Below are positions 53,787 to 64,000 of a stretch of 64,000 nt of DNA, one piece after another; positions within the stretch are counted from its first letter, which is position 1, and the number at the start of each line of letters is the position of its first letter. The position numbers and the translations under genes are program-made. The notes under the pieces are model-generated. The model did not search any database, was not told where the DNA came from, and was given only the letters and a program-made list of their open reading frames with translations. The stretch is from assembly GCA_963783375.1 (NCBI GenBank), contig CAWANH010000028.1, positions 928,001 through 992,000 of the forward strand, given 5' to 3'. This DNA comes from Candidatus Eiseniibacteriota bacterium. GTDB lineage: Bacteria; Eisenbacteria; RBG-16-71-46; JABDJR01.

Positions 53787-54944
53787 ATGACGCGAACCAT
53801 CTACCTGGACCACCACGCCACCACCCCGCTCGATCCGCGGGCCCTGGAGGCGATGATGCCGTATTTGACCGCGGAATTCGGAAACCCCGCCAGCGCCACT
53901 CATGAATTCGGGCGTCGCGCCCGCGCCGCGACGGAGGAAGCCCGGGCCTCGGTGGCCCGGCTCCTCGGCGCCCGCCCCGAAGAAATCACCTTCACCGCCG
54001 GCGCCACCGAGGCCAACAACCTCGCGCTGAAGGGGGCGGCCCGCCGCGCCCGGAAGCGCGGCGGGGGATCGCATCTCGTGACCACTTCCCTGGAGCACGA
54101 GTCGGTGGCCTACTCCATGCGCGCGCTCGAGGAGGAGGGCTTCACGCTCACCGTGGCGGCGCCGGAACCCGACGGCATCGTGAGCGCGGCGGCGGTGGAG
54201 CGCGCGATCCGTCCCGACACCGTGATCCTCTCGGCATGCTGGGTGAACGGGGAGATCGGCACCGTCCAACCGGTGGCCGGCCTGGCCGCCCTCTGCCGCG
54301 AGCGCGGCATCCTCTTCCACACCGACGCCACCCAGGGGATCGGCAAGCTTCCCCTCGACGTTCATGCCGCGGGGATCCATCTCCTGTCCCTGAGCGCCCA
54401 CAAGTTCTACGGCCCCAAGGGCGTGGGTGCGCTCTTCCACGAGGACGGCGTGGACCTGGAGCCTCTGTTCTCCGGAGGGGGGCAGGAGGGGGGGCTCCGG
54501 CCCGGAACCCTGAACGTGCCCGGGATCGTGGGGCTGGGAGCGATCGCCGCCATTCGTTCTGCCGAGATGGCCGAGGAGGCGGAGCGGCTCACCGCCCTCC
54601 GGAACGCGCTCTGGGCGGGTATCCGCGAGCGCGTTCCCGATGCCCGGCTGAACGGCGACCCCGAGCGCCGCCTTCCCGGGAATCTCAACGTCTCCTTCCC
54701 CGGCATCTCCGGCGAGGAGCTGCTCCGCGCCCTCGACCGGTTCGCGCTCTCCACCGGCTCAGCCTGCCGGAGCGCCGAGCGCGCGCCGTCGGAGATCCTG
54801 GGGGCGCTGGGCCTGGACTACGATCTCGCCGCCTCGACCGTGCGCTTCGGCCTCGGTCGCGCCACCACCCCCGAACAGGTGGAGCGCCTCCTCGCCGATC
54901 TCGGCGAGGCGGTCCGTCGCCTCCGCCCCCGGATCGCACCATGA
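53787..54944 (+). CDS. iscS: Cysteine desulfurase (IscS/NifS group I)
   Basis: IYLDHHATTP, FGNPAS, GATEANN, NGEIGTVQP, HTDATQ, SAHKFYGPKG, RPGTLNVP, STGSAC. Confidence 0.9.
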   Translation: MTRTIYLDHHATTPLDPRALEAMMPYLTAEFGNPASATHEFGRRARAATEEARASVARLLGARPEEITFTAGATEANNLALKGAARRARKRGGGSHLVTTSLEHESVAYSMRALEEEGFTLTVAAPEPDGIVSAAAVERAIRPDTVILSACWVNGEIGTVQPVAGLAALCRERGILFHTDATQGIGKLPLDVHAAGIHLLSLSAHKFYGPKGVGALFHEDGVDLEPLFSGGGQEGGLRPGTLNVPGIVGLGAIAAIRSAEMAEEAERLTALRNALWAGIRERVPDARLNGDPERRLPGNLNVSFPGISGEELLRALDRFALSTGSACRSAERAPSEILGALGLDYDLAASTVRFGLGRATTPEQVERLLADLGEAVRRLRPRIAP

Positions 54945-57142
54945 AACAGCTATCGGTTCCGGCCGCCGCCGCCCTCATTCTGGTCTTTCTGCCGCTTCTC
55001 TCCGGAGCGGCGCCCGACGCGCCTCCCGGACTGGCCCCCGTGGTCCGATCGCACCTCGATGAGGCGCGGAGCCTCGGGCTCTACCGCGCCCCCGCCCCGG
55101 ATCGAGTCCACCCCTATCTGGCCCGAATCGCCGCCTCCCGCCCCGCCGAACCGGTCCTGGCCTGGGTGTTCTTCACCGACAAGGGGGTGGGGACGCGCGC
55201 GGGCTTCGACCGGGCGCTCGGGGAGGTCCGCCGGGGCCTCGTGCCCCACGCGCTCCGGCGCCGGGAAGCCCTGGGACCCTCTCTGGGACTCGACTTCCGC
55301 GACCTCCCGGTGAATGCGGACTACGTCGCCCGGCTTCGCGCGGCGGGGTTCACCGTACGGCGGGTGAGCCGGTGGGTGAATGCGGCCAGCATCGAGACCG
55401 GAGCGGGCCGGCTCCCGGGGCTCGCGCGATTTCCCTTCGTGCGCGAGGTGACCCCGGTGCGGGTGCGGACCGGTTTCGGGGAGCCCCTCCCTGAACCCGA
55501 ACCCGCCCGGGGGCCCGGCTCCGCCGCCCCCGGCGTCCTCTCCACCGCCGCCGCGCCCCCCGACACCAGCGAGGCCGCCTTCTACGGGGCGTCGCTGAAG
55601 CAACTCGACCAGATCCAGGCCCTGGATCTCCAGCGCCTGGGGTACTCGGGCGCCGGGGTGCGGGTGATGATGATCGACACCGGATTCCACAAGACCCATC
55701 CCGCCTTTGCGGTCGCGGACCTCGTGGCCGAGTACGATTTCATCCAGGAGGACGGCGACACCCACGACGGGCCGGGAGACGTGGCCGGGCAGGAGTACCA
55801 CGGCACCGGGACCTGGGGAACCCTGGGGGGCTACGCCCCCGGGAACCTCATCGGCCCCGCCTTCGCCGCGCAGTTCGTGCTGGCCAAGACCGAGGACATC
55901 TCCCAGGAAGTGCACGCCGAGGAGGACAACTACGTGGCCGCCCTGGAGTGGGGGGACAGCCTGGGGGTGGACGTCACCAGCGCGAGCCTCGGCTACTGGA
56001 CCTTCGACGATTCGACCGGATACGGGCCCGCGGACATGGACGGGAACACCGGGGTGATCACCATCGCGGTGGACGTCGCGGTGGCCAAGGGGATCTGCTG
56101 CGTGAACGCGGCGGGAAACACCGGCCCCGGCGCCACCACCATCGGCACCCCCGCCGACGCGGACAGCGTGATCTCGGTGGGGGCGGTGGACTCCACCGGG
56201 GTCATCCAGGGCTTCTCCAGCCGGGGACCGACCGCCGACGGCCGCATCAAACCCGAAATCTGCGCCCGGGGGCGGAACACGGTCTGGGCGCAGGCCTGGA
56301 GCCTGGGTTACGGCGCCGCCAACGGCACCAGCCTGGCTACTCCGCTGGTGGGCGGCCTGGCTGCGCTGGTGAAGGAGGCGCACCCGGAGTGGACGGGCTG
56401 GGACATCCGGCAGGCCCTGGTCGCCACCGGCACCCAAACCGCGACCCCGGACAACGCCTACGGCTACGGGATCGCCCGGGGACTCGCCGCGGTCGGGTAC
56501 ACCGGTAACGGCGGCCTGGGATCGGCCCCCCCGCGGATGACCCTGCCCTTCGCGCTTATCGCTCCCGCCGACAGCGCGGTCGTCGGCGCGTGGCCCCCGG
56601 TCCTCACCTGGAGCGCCTCGACCGCGGCCCAACCCGGGGACGCCGCCCACTACACGGTGTTCACGGCCACCAGCGCCGACTTCGCCGGAGCCTCGAGCTT
56701 CGATGCGGGAACCGACACCAGCTACGCCCTCACCGGCGCCCTCACTCCCGGCCAGACCTATTGGTGGAAGGTCGAGGCGGTGGGGGACTCGGGCTACGTC
56801 CGGAGAAGCCGGAACAACCGTCTCTTCACCCTCGCCGCCACCGTCGCGGTGGGACCGATCCCGAAGCCCGGCACGATCGCCCTGACCGCCCTTCCCAATC
56901 CCATGCGGGGTTCGGCGGAGCTGGGTTTCCGGCTTCCCGCCGGGGAGGCGGGAGCGATCGAGGTGTTCTCGGTGACCGGACGGCGCATCCGCCGGTTCGA
57001 AGTCCTCGGCTCGGGGGCCGGGGCCACGGTGCGCTGGGACGGACGTGATGCGGCGGGGCGCGAGGTTTCCTCCGGCGTCTACTTCGTGCGCCTCGGCTCG
57101 GCACCGGGTTCCGTGGTGCGGCGGCTGGTGCGGCTCCCCTGA
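54941..57142 (+). CDS. Secreted S8 subtilisin-like protease with C-terminal FlgD-Ig/T9SS-type sorting domain
   Basis: Signal peptide; triad IDTG, HGTGT, GTSLATP; AAGN; C-terminus PNPMRG..EVFSVTGRRIR..WDGRDAAGREVSSGVYFVRL. Confidence 0.92.
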   Translation: MKQLSVPAAAALILVFLPLLSGAAPDAPPGLAPVVRSHLDEARSLGLYRAPAPDRVHPYLARIAASRPAEPVLAWVFFTDKGVGTRAGFDRALGEVRRGLVPHALRRREALGPSLGLDFRDLPVNADYVARLRAAGFTVRRVSRWVNAASIETGAGRLPGLARFPFVREVTPVRVRTGFGEPLPEPEPARGPGSAAPGVLSTAAAPPDTSEAAFYGASLKQLDQIQALDLQRLGYSGAGVRVMMIDTGFHKTHPAFAVADLVAEYDFIQEDGDTHDGPGDVAGQEYHGTGTWGTLGGYAPGNLIGPAFAAQFVLAKTEDISQEVHAEEDNYVAALEWGDSLGVDVTSASLGYWTFDDSTGYGPADMDGNTGVITIAVDVAVAKGICCVNAAGNTGPGATTIGTPADADSVISVGAVDSTGVIQGFSSRGPTADGRIKPEICARGRNTVWAQAWSLGYGAANGTSLATPLVGGLAALVKEAHPEWTGWDIRQALVATGTQTATPDNAYGYGIARGLAAVGYTGNGGLGSAPPRMTLPFALIAPADSAVVGAWPPVLTWSASTAAQPGDAAHYTVFTATSADFAGASSFDAGTDTSYALTGALTPGQTYWWKVEAVGDSGYVRRSRNNRLFTLAATVAVGPIPKPGTIALTALPNPMRGSAELGFRLPAGEAGAIEVFSVTGRRIRRFEVLGSGAGATVRWDGRDAAGREVSSGVYFVRLGSAPGSVVRRLVRLP

Positions 57143-57212
57143 TCGCGCCGGGTGGTCCGGATCGGCGACGAGGCGGATACAGGCCGCCCGGCCCGGTCCG
57201 CCGTCCGGGCGG

Positions 57213-59825
57213 TCAGCTCTCCGACCGCACCCCGCCCAGAGCCTCGCGCACCCTGGCGGTGAGGGCCGCCGGGGTGAACGGCTTCTGCAGGAAGCCCACC
57301 CCGGGAGGGAAGTCCTCCTGGTCCACGATGGCGGCGTCGGTGTAGCCCGAGGTGAACAGGATCCTGAGATCCGGCCGGTCCGCGGTCAGCCGTTCCACCA
57401 GCTCGGGTCCGCCCATCCCCGGCATGATCACGTCGGTGAGCAGAAGGTGGATGGGTCCCGGGTGCTCCTGTCCCATGCGGAGCGCGTCCTTGGCCGACGC
57501 CGCGGCCAGCACCCGGTAGCCGGCCTCCTCCAGGAGCTTCTGGATCAGGGTGCGCACCCCATCCTCGTCCTCGGCGAGGAGGATCGTCTCCGCCCCCGGG
57601 GCCTTGGCGATCGCCGCCCGAGGCTCCGGCTTCCCCCTGACTGCGGCATCCACCCGGGGGAGGTAGACCCGGAACTCCGTTCCTTTTCCGGCCTCGCTGG
57701 TGACGCTCACGTGGCCGCCGCTCTGGCGCACGATGCCGTAGACCGTGGAAAGCCCCAGGCCGGTTCCCTTCCCCACTTCCTTGGTGGTGAAGAACGGCTC
57801 GAATACCCGGGCCCGGGTTTCCTCGTCCATCCCCGCTCCGCTGTCGGAGACCGTGAGCATCACGTACGGGCCGGGGACGAGATCCGGGTGGAGCTGGGCA
57901 AAGCGGGCGCCCAGATCCACGTTGCCGGTCTCCAGAATGACCCGTCCGCCTTCGGGCATGGCGTCCCGCGCGTTGACCGCGAGGTTCATGACCACCTGCT
58001 CCACCTGGCCCCGGTCGGCGCGCACCGCTCCCAGGTCGCGGGCCAGCCGGGCCTCCAGAGCGATGTTCTCCGGGATGAGCCGCGCCAGCATGTTCTTCAT
58101 GTCCTCGACCACCGCGTTCAGATCGAGCACCTCGGGTTGGAGAACCTGGCGCCGGCTGAAAGCGAGGAGCTGCTCGGTGAGGATCGCCGCGCGCTCCCCC
58201 GCCTTGCGGATCTCCTCGACGTCGCCCCGGGCCGGATGATCCTCGTCCAACGACTCGAGCACCAGGGCGCTGTAGCCGTTGATGGCGGTGAGGAGGTTGT
58301 TGAAATCGTGCGCGATCCCTCCGGCCAGCCGGCCCACCGCTTCCATCTTCTGGGACTGGCGGAGGCTCGTCTCCAGTCGGCGCCGTTCGGTGACGTCGCG
58401 GAAGCTCCAGACCCGGCCCACCGTCCGCCCGCCCACCTTCTGCGGCCTCGAGTAACGCTCCACGATGCGGCCGTCCACGAATTCCAGGAGGTCGTCGCTC
58501 TCGGCGTCGGGGCTCCGGTAGAGCTCGGCGACCCGGCGCTCGAAGGTGTCGGGGTCCTTGAGCTGGGGGCGGACGAAGGCCAGGGCCTCGGCGTCGATCC
58601 CCTCCGCGTCCACCATCTCGGGAGGGATGCTCCAGAGGTCGAGAAAGCGTCGGTTGTAGCTCACGATCTTCCCGTCCAGGTCCACCACCAGGATGCCGTC
58701 GGTGGTGGATTCCAGGGTGGCGCGGAGGAGGGAGAGCGACGCATCGCTCCGTCGCTCCGACTGCTTGAGCCGGGTGACGTCGGCCAGGTACTCGACCCGC
58801 CCCCCGGCGAAGGTGCCGGTACGGACGGGTTGGCTCCAGTATTCGAGCCATCGCTCCGCGCGCCCGGGGCCGGAGAGGACGTGGAGTTCCAGGGAACGCG
58901 TCGCTTCCCCGGTCTCGTACCCGGCCAGGAGGCGTTCCACCGCGCGGTTTCCGTTCTCCAGGAGATGCGGACCGAGGCGACGGGCGACGACCCGCATGTC
59001 GCGGTTCAGGACCTCGGCCCGCTTCCAGCCCAGGAAGCGCTCGGCCGCCTCGTTCATCCAGACCACGAGGAACCCGGCGTCGAGGACCAGGGTGCCGACG
59101 TCGGAACCCTCCAGCACGTCGTGGGTCAACGATCGATAGCGCCCCTCGCTGGCCTCGAGCGCGGACCGGGTGTCTTCCAGGTCGCGCTGGGCGGACGCGT
59201 AGGCCCGATGGAGAAGGAGGATGGCGAGAGGGATCAGGATGATCACGATGAAGGCGCAGGCCGCCGCCCAGGGGGCCGCCTTGGCCCGCACCTCGGCGGC
59301 TACCTGGCGGGCGGGCAGGTGCACCGCCACCAGGCCGTCCAGCGACTGAAGGTAGGCGTAGGCCACGACCTGATCCATCCCGCTCGCGCTCCGGTTCCGG
59401 CCCACCCAGTTCCGTTTGCCCTCGATCAGCTGTTTCACGGTGGCCGGGGCCCCCCGGCCCACCGGTCCGCTCCAGACCGTTTCCACCGACCGGCCGACCA
59501 GGGAGGAATCGGCGGTGTGGGCGAGGATCGTTCCGCGGTGGTCGATGATGCAGAGAAAGCTCCCCGAGTACCGGGTGCCGGTCGAGCTCCACGAACGCTC
59601 GACCCGCCGGATCGCCGACTCCATGCCCTCGGCGCGGGCGGAGACGTCCGCCTGGCCGGCCAGGGCGCGGGCCAGGGTCAGGTTGTCCTCGTAGATCGTC
59701 TGCAGGAGATCGTCGCGGCTGGTCCGGTAGGCGTAGCCGGCCACGACGGCGCCGGCCGCCAGCGCCAGGGCGCCGACCGCCAGTGCGGTCCAGGCCAGTC
59801 GGAGGGAGCGCGTGGGGGGAATCAT
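57213..59825 (-). CDS. Hybrid sensor histidine kinase (Cache-like, 2x PAS, HisKA, HATPase, REC; CckA-like)
   Basis: Two TMs around a periplasmic sensor; [69 protein letters not shown]. Confidence 0.94.
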   Translation of the reverse strand: MIPPTRSLRLAWTALAVGALALAAGAVVAGYAYRTSRDDLLQTIYEDNLTLARALAGQADVSARAEGMESAIRRVERSWSSTGTRYSGSFLCIIDHRGTILAHTADSSLVGRSVETVWSGPVGRGAPATVKQLIEGKRNWVGRNRSASGMDQVVAYAYLQSLDGLVAVHLPARQVAAEVRAKAAPWAAACAFIVIILIPLAILLLHRAYASAQRDLEDTRSALEASEGRYRSLTHDVLEGSDVGTLVLDAGFLVVWMNEAAERFLGWKRAEVLNRDMRVVARRLGPHLLENGNRAVERLLAGYETGEATRSLELHVLSGPGRAERWLEYWSQPVRTGTFAGGRVEYLADVTRLKQSERRSDASLSLLRATLESTTDGILVVDLDGKIVSYNRRFLDLWSIPPEMVDAEGIDAEALAFVRPQLKDPDTFERRVAELYRSPDAESDDLLEFVDGRIVERYSRPQKVGGRTVGRVWSFRDVTERRRLETSLRQSQKMEAVGRLAGGIAHDFNNLLTAINGYSALVLESLDEDHPARGDVEEIRKAGERAAILTEQLLAFSRRQVLQPEVLDLNAVVEDMKNMLARLIPENIALEARLARDLGAVRADRGQVEQVVMNLAVNARDAMPEGGRVILETGNVDLGARFAQLHPDLVPGPYVMLTVSDSGAGMDEETRARVFEPFFTTKEVGKGTGLGLSTVYGIVRQSGGHVSVTSEAGKGTEFRVYLPRVDAAVRGKPEPRAAIAKAPGAETILLAEDEDGVRTLIQKLLEEAGYRVLAAASAKDALRMGQEHPGPIHLLLTDVIMPGMGGPELVERLTADRPDLRILFTSGYTDAAIVDQEDFPPGVGFLQKPFTPAALTARVREALGGVRSES

Positions 59826-60022
59826 CGAACCTCATGCTCCTGGCCGTGGCCCCGTCCCGGTAGGGGGGGCATGGTGTCGACCCCCGGTTGCGGACTCACC
59901 GTGCCGGGTCCGACCGGAATCGGGAGGGGCCGAGCGCCTCACCCAAAACGTGAATGGATTCTAATCGAAATCCAAAGCATCGGATAGCCCGGGCGCCGGC
60001 CAAGCCGTCCGGGGCCCGGCAA

Positions 60023-61108
60023 TCAGTCCCAGACCCCGGGGATCCGGGCTCCGCACCCGGGGCAGGCGCCGCCGGGTCCGAGCTCGTTCACCAGGATCCG
60101 GAACCCCTGCCGGCGGATCACCGCGCGGCCGCAGGCGTGGCAGCGGGTGTCCTCCCAGGCGTTCACCCGTCCGGGGAGGTTCCCGGCGTAGACGTACTTG
60201 AGCCCGGACGCCGCCCCGATCTCCGCCGCCCGGATCAGCCCCTCGACCCGCGTGTCCCGGTTCCCGCTCATCCTGTAGTCGGCGTGGAAGGCGGTGACGT
60301 GCCAGGGGGTCAGGGGATCGAGGCCGGCCAGCCAACCGGTGAGATCACGGAGTTCCCGGTCGGAGTCGTTGAACCCGGGGACGAGCAGCGTCACCACCTC
60401 CACCCAGAACCCGCGCGCCTTCAGCGCCTCCAGGGTGTCGAGCACGTTTCCGAGCATCGTCCCCAGGGAGCGGTAGGCGCGGTCGGTGAATCCCTTGAGG
60501 TCCACCTTGTAGAGATCGGTGACCGGGCGGAGGAAGTCGAGAACCTCGGGGGTGGCGTTCCCGTTGGAGACGTACCCGGTCCGAAGCCCCTCGCGCCGGG
60601 CGAGCTCGAACACCGCCCGGGCCCATTCCGAAGTGATGAGGGGCTCGTTGTAGGTGCTCACCACCGTCCGCGAGTCCGACTCCACCGCGGCGCGAACCAA
60701 CGCCTCGGCGTTGGTGTCCCTGGGGGGAGCCACGGCGGCGGGATCGCGGAGCGCCTGGCTGGTGATCCAGTTCTGGCAGTACCCGCAATGGAGATCGCAC
60801 CCCAGCATGCCGAAGCTCAGGGCGGTCGAGCCGGGAAGGACGTGAAAGAAGGGCTTCTTCTCGATCGGGTCCACGGCGAGGGCGGCGACGTAGTCGAAGG
60901 GGACGCGGAGCTCACCGTTTCGGTTCGCGCGTACCTTGCAGATCCCCGGCCGCCCCGGGGGGATGCGGCACCGGTGTCCACAGGCGAGGCACCGGAGCCA
61001 GCCGTCCTTTCCCTCCACCGCCCGGACGAGATCGGGCGGGGCGGAAACGGTCCGCGTCCCGAGCGCCTCCTCGAGAGTGGAGGCGGCTTTGGTTGCGTCC
61101 TGGTTCAT
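60023..61108 (-). CDS. amrS: AmmeMemoRadiSam system radical SAM enzyme
   Basis: CLACGHRC..GICKVR, VDPIEKKPFFH, GCDLHCGYCQNW (CxxxCxxC), STYNEP, VSNG, VDLKGF, WHVTAFH, YVYAGN, terminal CHAC/CPGC. Confidence 0.92.
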   Translation of the reverse strand: MNQDATKAASTLEEALGTRTVSAPPDLVRAVEGKDGWLRCLACGHRCRIPPGRPGICKVRANRNGELRVPFDYVAALAVDPIEKKPFFHVLPGSTALSFGMLGCDLHCGYCQNWITSQALRDPAAVAPPRDTNAEALVRAAVESDSRTVVSTYNEPLITSEWARAVFELARREGLRTGYVSNGNATPEVLDFLRPVTDLYKVDLKGFTDRAYRSLGTMLGNVLDTLEALKARGFWVEVVTLLVPGFNDSDRELRDLTGWLAGLDPLTPWHVTAFHADYRMSGNRDTRVEGLIRAAEIGAASGLKYVYAGNLPGRVNAWEDTRCHACGRAVIRRQGFRILVNELGPGGACPGCGARIPGVWD

Positions 61109-61281
61109 CACCGTCACCTCGATCCGGGCCCGCCAGGGGCCAATTCCAGCTCGTCCATCCAGTGTGTCACTCCGGCCGGCGCGGCGCCAGCCGGGGGGGC
61201 GGTCCGGGGCCGAGGCGTCCGCGAATCGCCCGGACCGGCCCCGGGGGGCCACCCCACCCCCGCTCTGGTATGCTGCCCGCC

Positions 61282-62175
61282 ATGGTGCGGAATCTCCCCG
61301 CTTTGGGGCCCTATCTGGAGCGGTTGGCCGGGGGCTACGGCCCGGATTACCTCCGGACCGATCCCCTGGGGGAAGTGCGCCGCTTCACCGCTCCCGCCGA
61401 TCTCGAGGTGGCGGCCTTTCTCGCCGCCGGGCTCGCCTTCGGCCGGGTGGATCTCATTCTCGCCCACCTTCGCGATCTCTGGGAACGCCTCGATCATGCC
61501 CCCGCCCGGATCGTCGACGGCTGGCGGCCCGCCGACCGGCGCCGCCTCGACGGGTTCGTCCATCGCTGGGTGGGTCCCGACGACCTGGCCCTGGTGCTGG
61601 CCGCCCTCGGTCGGGCCCGCCGGACCCACGGCTCCCTCCGGGCGCTCTTCCTGGAGGGCTACGACCCCGCCGAACCCGACCTGGGTCCCTCGCTCTCGCG
61701 CTTCGTGCGCGCCCTACAAGACCACCTCCGGCGACCCGGCGCCCGCCGGGCCCCGCGCGTGGAGGATCTCCCTCAGGGGATCCGCACATTCTTCGCCGAC
61801 CCCGCCCGCGGGGGGGCGTGCAAGCGATTGAACCTCTACCTCCGATGGATGGTGCGGGCCGACGACGGGGTGGACCTCGGGCTCTTCGCCCCGGTCCGTC
61901 CCGACCAGCTGGTGATCCCCCTCGACACCCACGTGGCCCGGATCAGCCGCTACCTCGGCCTCTCCGGGCGACGGACGCCGGATTGGAAGATGGCCGCCGA
62001 GGTGACGGCGAGCCTCAAGCGCTGGGACGCCGGGGATCCGGTCCGCTTCGACTTTGCGATCTCGCGGTTGGGGATCCTGGGCGATTGCCCGCGGCGGGTC
62101 GATCCGGAGAAGTGCGCGGCCTGCGCCCTGGTCCCGGTCTGCACCCTGGGAAGGAGTCAGCATGGCCGATCCTGA
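61282..62175 (+). CDS. TIGR02757/DUF2400 family protein with C-terminal Cys cluster
   Basis: DPL..., AGLAFG, ACKRLNLYLRWMVR, DLG, IPLDTHVARI, DPVRFDFAI. Confidence 0.85.
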   Translation: MVRNLPALGPYLERLAGGYGPDYLRTDPLGEVRRFTAPADLEVAAFLAAGLAFGRVDLILAHLRDLWERLDHAPARIVDGWRPADRRRLDGFVHRWVGPDDLALVLAALGRARRTHGSLRALFLEGYDPAEPDLGPSLSRFVRALQDHLRRPGARRAPRVEDLPQGIRTFFADPARGGACKRLNLYLRWMVRADDGVDLGLFAPVRPDQLVIPLDTHVARISRYLGLSGRRTPDWKMAAEVTASLKRWDAGDPVRFDFAISRLGILGDCPRRVDPEKCAACALVPVCTLGRSQHGRS

Positions 62176-62980
62176 GCTCATTCCGGTGGAGGACCGCCCC
62201 GCGGTCCTGGTGGTGGCCGGCCTCGATCCATCCGGCGGCGCGGGGATCCTCACCGACGCCGCGGTGATCCGGGCCTTCGATCTCCATCCGGTGACCGTGC
62301 TCACCGCGGTGGCGGCGCAGAATACCGCCCGCCTGGGACGCCGATTCGATCTCCCCCCCGCCGTGCTCCAGGATCAGCTCACCCTTCTGAGCGAGGAGTT
62401 CCTTCTGGGGGCGGTGAAGACCGGCATGCTCGCCACCGCGGCCACCGTCGAGGTGCTGGCCGCCTGGCTCGCCGGGCGGCCCCGGCTCCCCCTGGTCCTC
62501 GATCCGGTGCTTCGCACCACCAGCGGCGGCGCCCTGGGGGAGCCCGCGCTTCTGGACGCGGTGAAGCGCGCGCTTCTTCCCCGGGCCCGAGTGGTCACCC
62601 CGAACCTGGAGGAGGCCTCGGCCCTGACCGGAACCCCGGTGGCCGACCGCGATCGCATCCCCGACCAGGCCCGGGCGATCCGGGACCTGGGCCCGGAGTG
62701 GGTGCTGATCAAGGGGGGGCATCTTCCCCGGGGTCGCGCCTCGGACTACCTGGCCGGACCCGACGTCGCGCTGTGGCTGGAAGAGGATCGTTCCGGTCGT
62801 TCGGTGCGGGGGACGGGATGCGCCCTGGCTTCGGCCCTGGCCGCCGGCCTGGCCCGGGGGGAGGGCGTCGCCGACGCCGCCCGTGGGGCCAAGACCCTGG
62901 TGGTCCGCGCCATCGAGGCCTCCTACGTGGCGGGCCAGGGACGCTATCTCAACCTCGAAAGCCGAAACCGGACGGAATGA
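62162..62980 (+). CDS. thiD: Hydroxymethylpyrimidine/phosphomethylpyrimidine kinase
   Basis: VAGLDPSGGAGILTD, AQNT, AVKTGML, VLDPVL, VTPNLEEA, LIKGGH, RGTGCALASA. Confidence 0.9.
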   Translation: MADPELIPVEDRPAVLVVAGLDPSGGAGILTDAAVIRAFDLHPVTVLTAVAAQNTARLGRRFDLPPAVLQDQLTLLSEEFLLGAVKTGMLATAATVEVLAAWLAGRPRLPLVLDPVLRTTSGGALGEPALLDAVKRALLPRARVVTPNLEEASALTGTPVADRDRIPDQARAIRDLGPEWVLIKGGHLPRGRASDYLAGPDVALWLEEDRSGRSVRGTGCALASALAAGLARGEGVADAARGAKTLVVRAIEASYVAGQGRYLNLESRNRTE

Positions 62981-64000
62981 GGTCCCGGGCCCTTCCGCCG
63001 CTCGCCCGGCTCTGCATCGCCGCCTTCCTCGCCGACATGGCCCTCTACCTCACCATGACCGGCGCCCCCTACAAGGCTCTCGCCCTGGGGGCGGGTCCGC
63101 TGGTTCTGGGACTCCTCCCCGCCGCCCGCGCCCTTCCCTACAGCCTGAGCACGGTGTGGGCGGGGGGCCTAACCGAGGGCCGGGAGCGGCTCCGCCTGGC
63201 CCGTTGGAGCCTGGTGGTCGGGGGGTTGGCGGTGGCCGCGTTGATCCTCGCCCCGGGAATCGGCCCCCTCTTCGCGGTGCTGGCGGTCCTGGGAACGGCC
63301 TTGGCCTTCTTCTGGCCCGCGGTCCAGGCCACCCTGGCCGACATCGCCGACCGCGAGACCGTGCACGGGCATCTCGGCTGGTTCAACGTGGCCTGGAGCC
63401 TGGGGAAGGGGTGCGGGTTCCTGGCCGGGGGGTTCCTCCTGGCCGGGCTCGGCTTCGCCGCCGTCTTCGCCGCCTCGGCGGGGGCGTTGTTGGTGGTGGC
63501 GGCCCTGGTCACCACGCTCCGGGTCCGCCCCCTCACGGCCTCGGCGCGCGCCCACCCCGAGGCCCCGGCGCCGGCCACGGCCGGCGGGGGCGATCGCGAG
63601 GTGTCCCCCGCCCGCGCCCGACGGTTCCGGCTCGCGGCCTGGACGGCCAACGGCATCGCCTTCGGGGTGGTGGCCGTGCTCAACACCCACTACCCCAACT
63701 GGCTCGAGGTGATCGGGCGGGGGGAGAGTGTGTTCGGCGCCTTCCTCGGCCTCATCTTCTTCTCCCAGACCGCGGTGTTCGGGATCCTCATGCGGTTCTC
63801 GGGCTGGCGCTACCGGGCGGGACCGCTCCTCTGGTCCCAGGTCCCCCTGATCGGGACCCTGGCTGTTCTCCCGTGGATCCGGAATCCGGCGGTCATCCTG
63901 GCCACCGCCCCCCTCATCGGGATGGGGTTGGGGACGGCCTACTTCGCCAGCCTCTTCTACTCGGTGGACGAGCCCGGCCGGAGGGGGCGCTACGCGGGGG
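62977..64000 (+). CDS. MFS transporter, 3'-truncated by the window edge
   Basis: ATG overlaps the thiD stop; open frame MRSRALPPLARLCIAAFLADMALYL..., multiple TMs, FFWPAVQATLAD, LGWFNVAWSLG. Absent from the ORF track because there is no stop in the window. Confidence 0.8.
   Translation, partial: MRSRALPPLARLCIAAFLADMALYLTMTGAPYKALALGAGPLVLGLLPAARALPYSLSTVWAGGLTEGRERLRLARWSLVVGGLAVAALILAPGIGPLFAVLAVLGTALAFFWPAVQATLADIADRETVHGHLGWFNVAWSLGKGCGFLAGGFLLAGLGFAAVFAASAGALLVVAALVTTLRVRPLTASARAHPEAPAPATAGGGDREVSPARARRFRLAAWTANGIAFGVVAVLNTHYPNWLEVIGRGESVFGAFLGLIFFSQTAVFGILMRFSGWRYRAGPLLWSQVPLIGTLAVLPWIRNPAVILATAPLIGMGLGTAYFASLFYSVDEPGRRGRYAG

Noticed and set aside
1-64000. Many long overlapping or antisense ORFs in the six-frame track (e.g. 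22372-24954 -, 47778-50651 -, 57045-59987 +, 51197-53176 +)
   Set aside because: Shadow ORFs expected in high-GC DNA: Pro/Arg/Gly-rich or antisense to well-supported genes, with no recognisable motifs.

Overview
This is a high-GC bacterial chromosomal window, densely coding and mostly on the + strand. Protein signatures (C-terminal TWGxIK motifs, an FlgD/T9SS-like C-terminal domain, PorV/FadL-type barrels, DUF4159/DUF4175, a barrel-SppA fusion) suggest an FCB-superphylum candidate lineage such as Eisenbacteria or Krumholzibacteria; this is inference. The housekeeping backbone is fabH, holB-metG-tatD-rsmA, secDF, acpS-nnr-sppA, ogt, NrdR-regulated nrdJ, Rrf2-iscS, amrS and thiD. Accessory or unexplained elements: (1) a lower-GC six-gene cassette inserted between metG and tatD, with diacetamido-uronate biosynthesis, a GT2, a GT-C and an AsnB-type amidotransferase; (2) an outer-membrane beta-barrel followed by five related lipoproteins, four of them mosaic tandem paralogs with (T/S)WG tails behind a near-consensus sigma28 promoter, which is the best candidate for an undescribed surface/export system; (3) a HEAT-repeat/HD-GYP pair sharing an unnamed N-terminal domain, also behind a sigma28-like promoter; (4) a histidine kinase with degenerate ATP-binding motifs; (5) a secDF-linked DUF4159-DUF4175-TPR-GATase-like periplasmic cluster; (6) back-to-back ECF promoters. 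Two genes carry single-base frameshifts in homopolymer runs. No tRNA, rRNA, CRISPR array, integrase or transposase was seen. All family assignments come from motif recognition by eye, not database searches.
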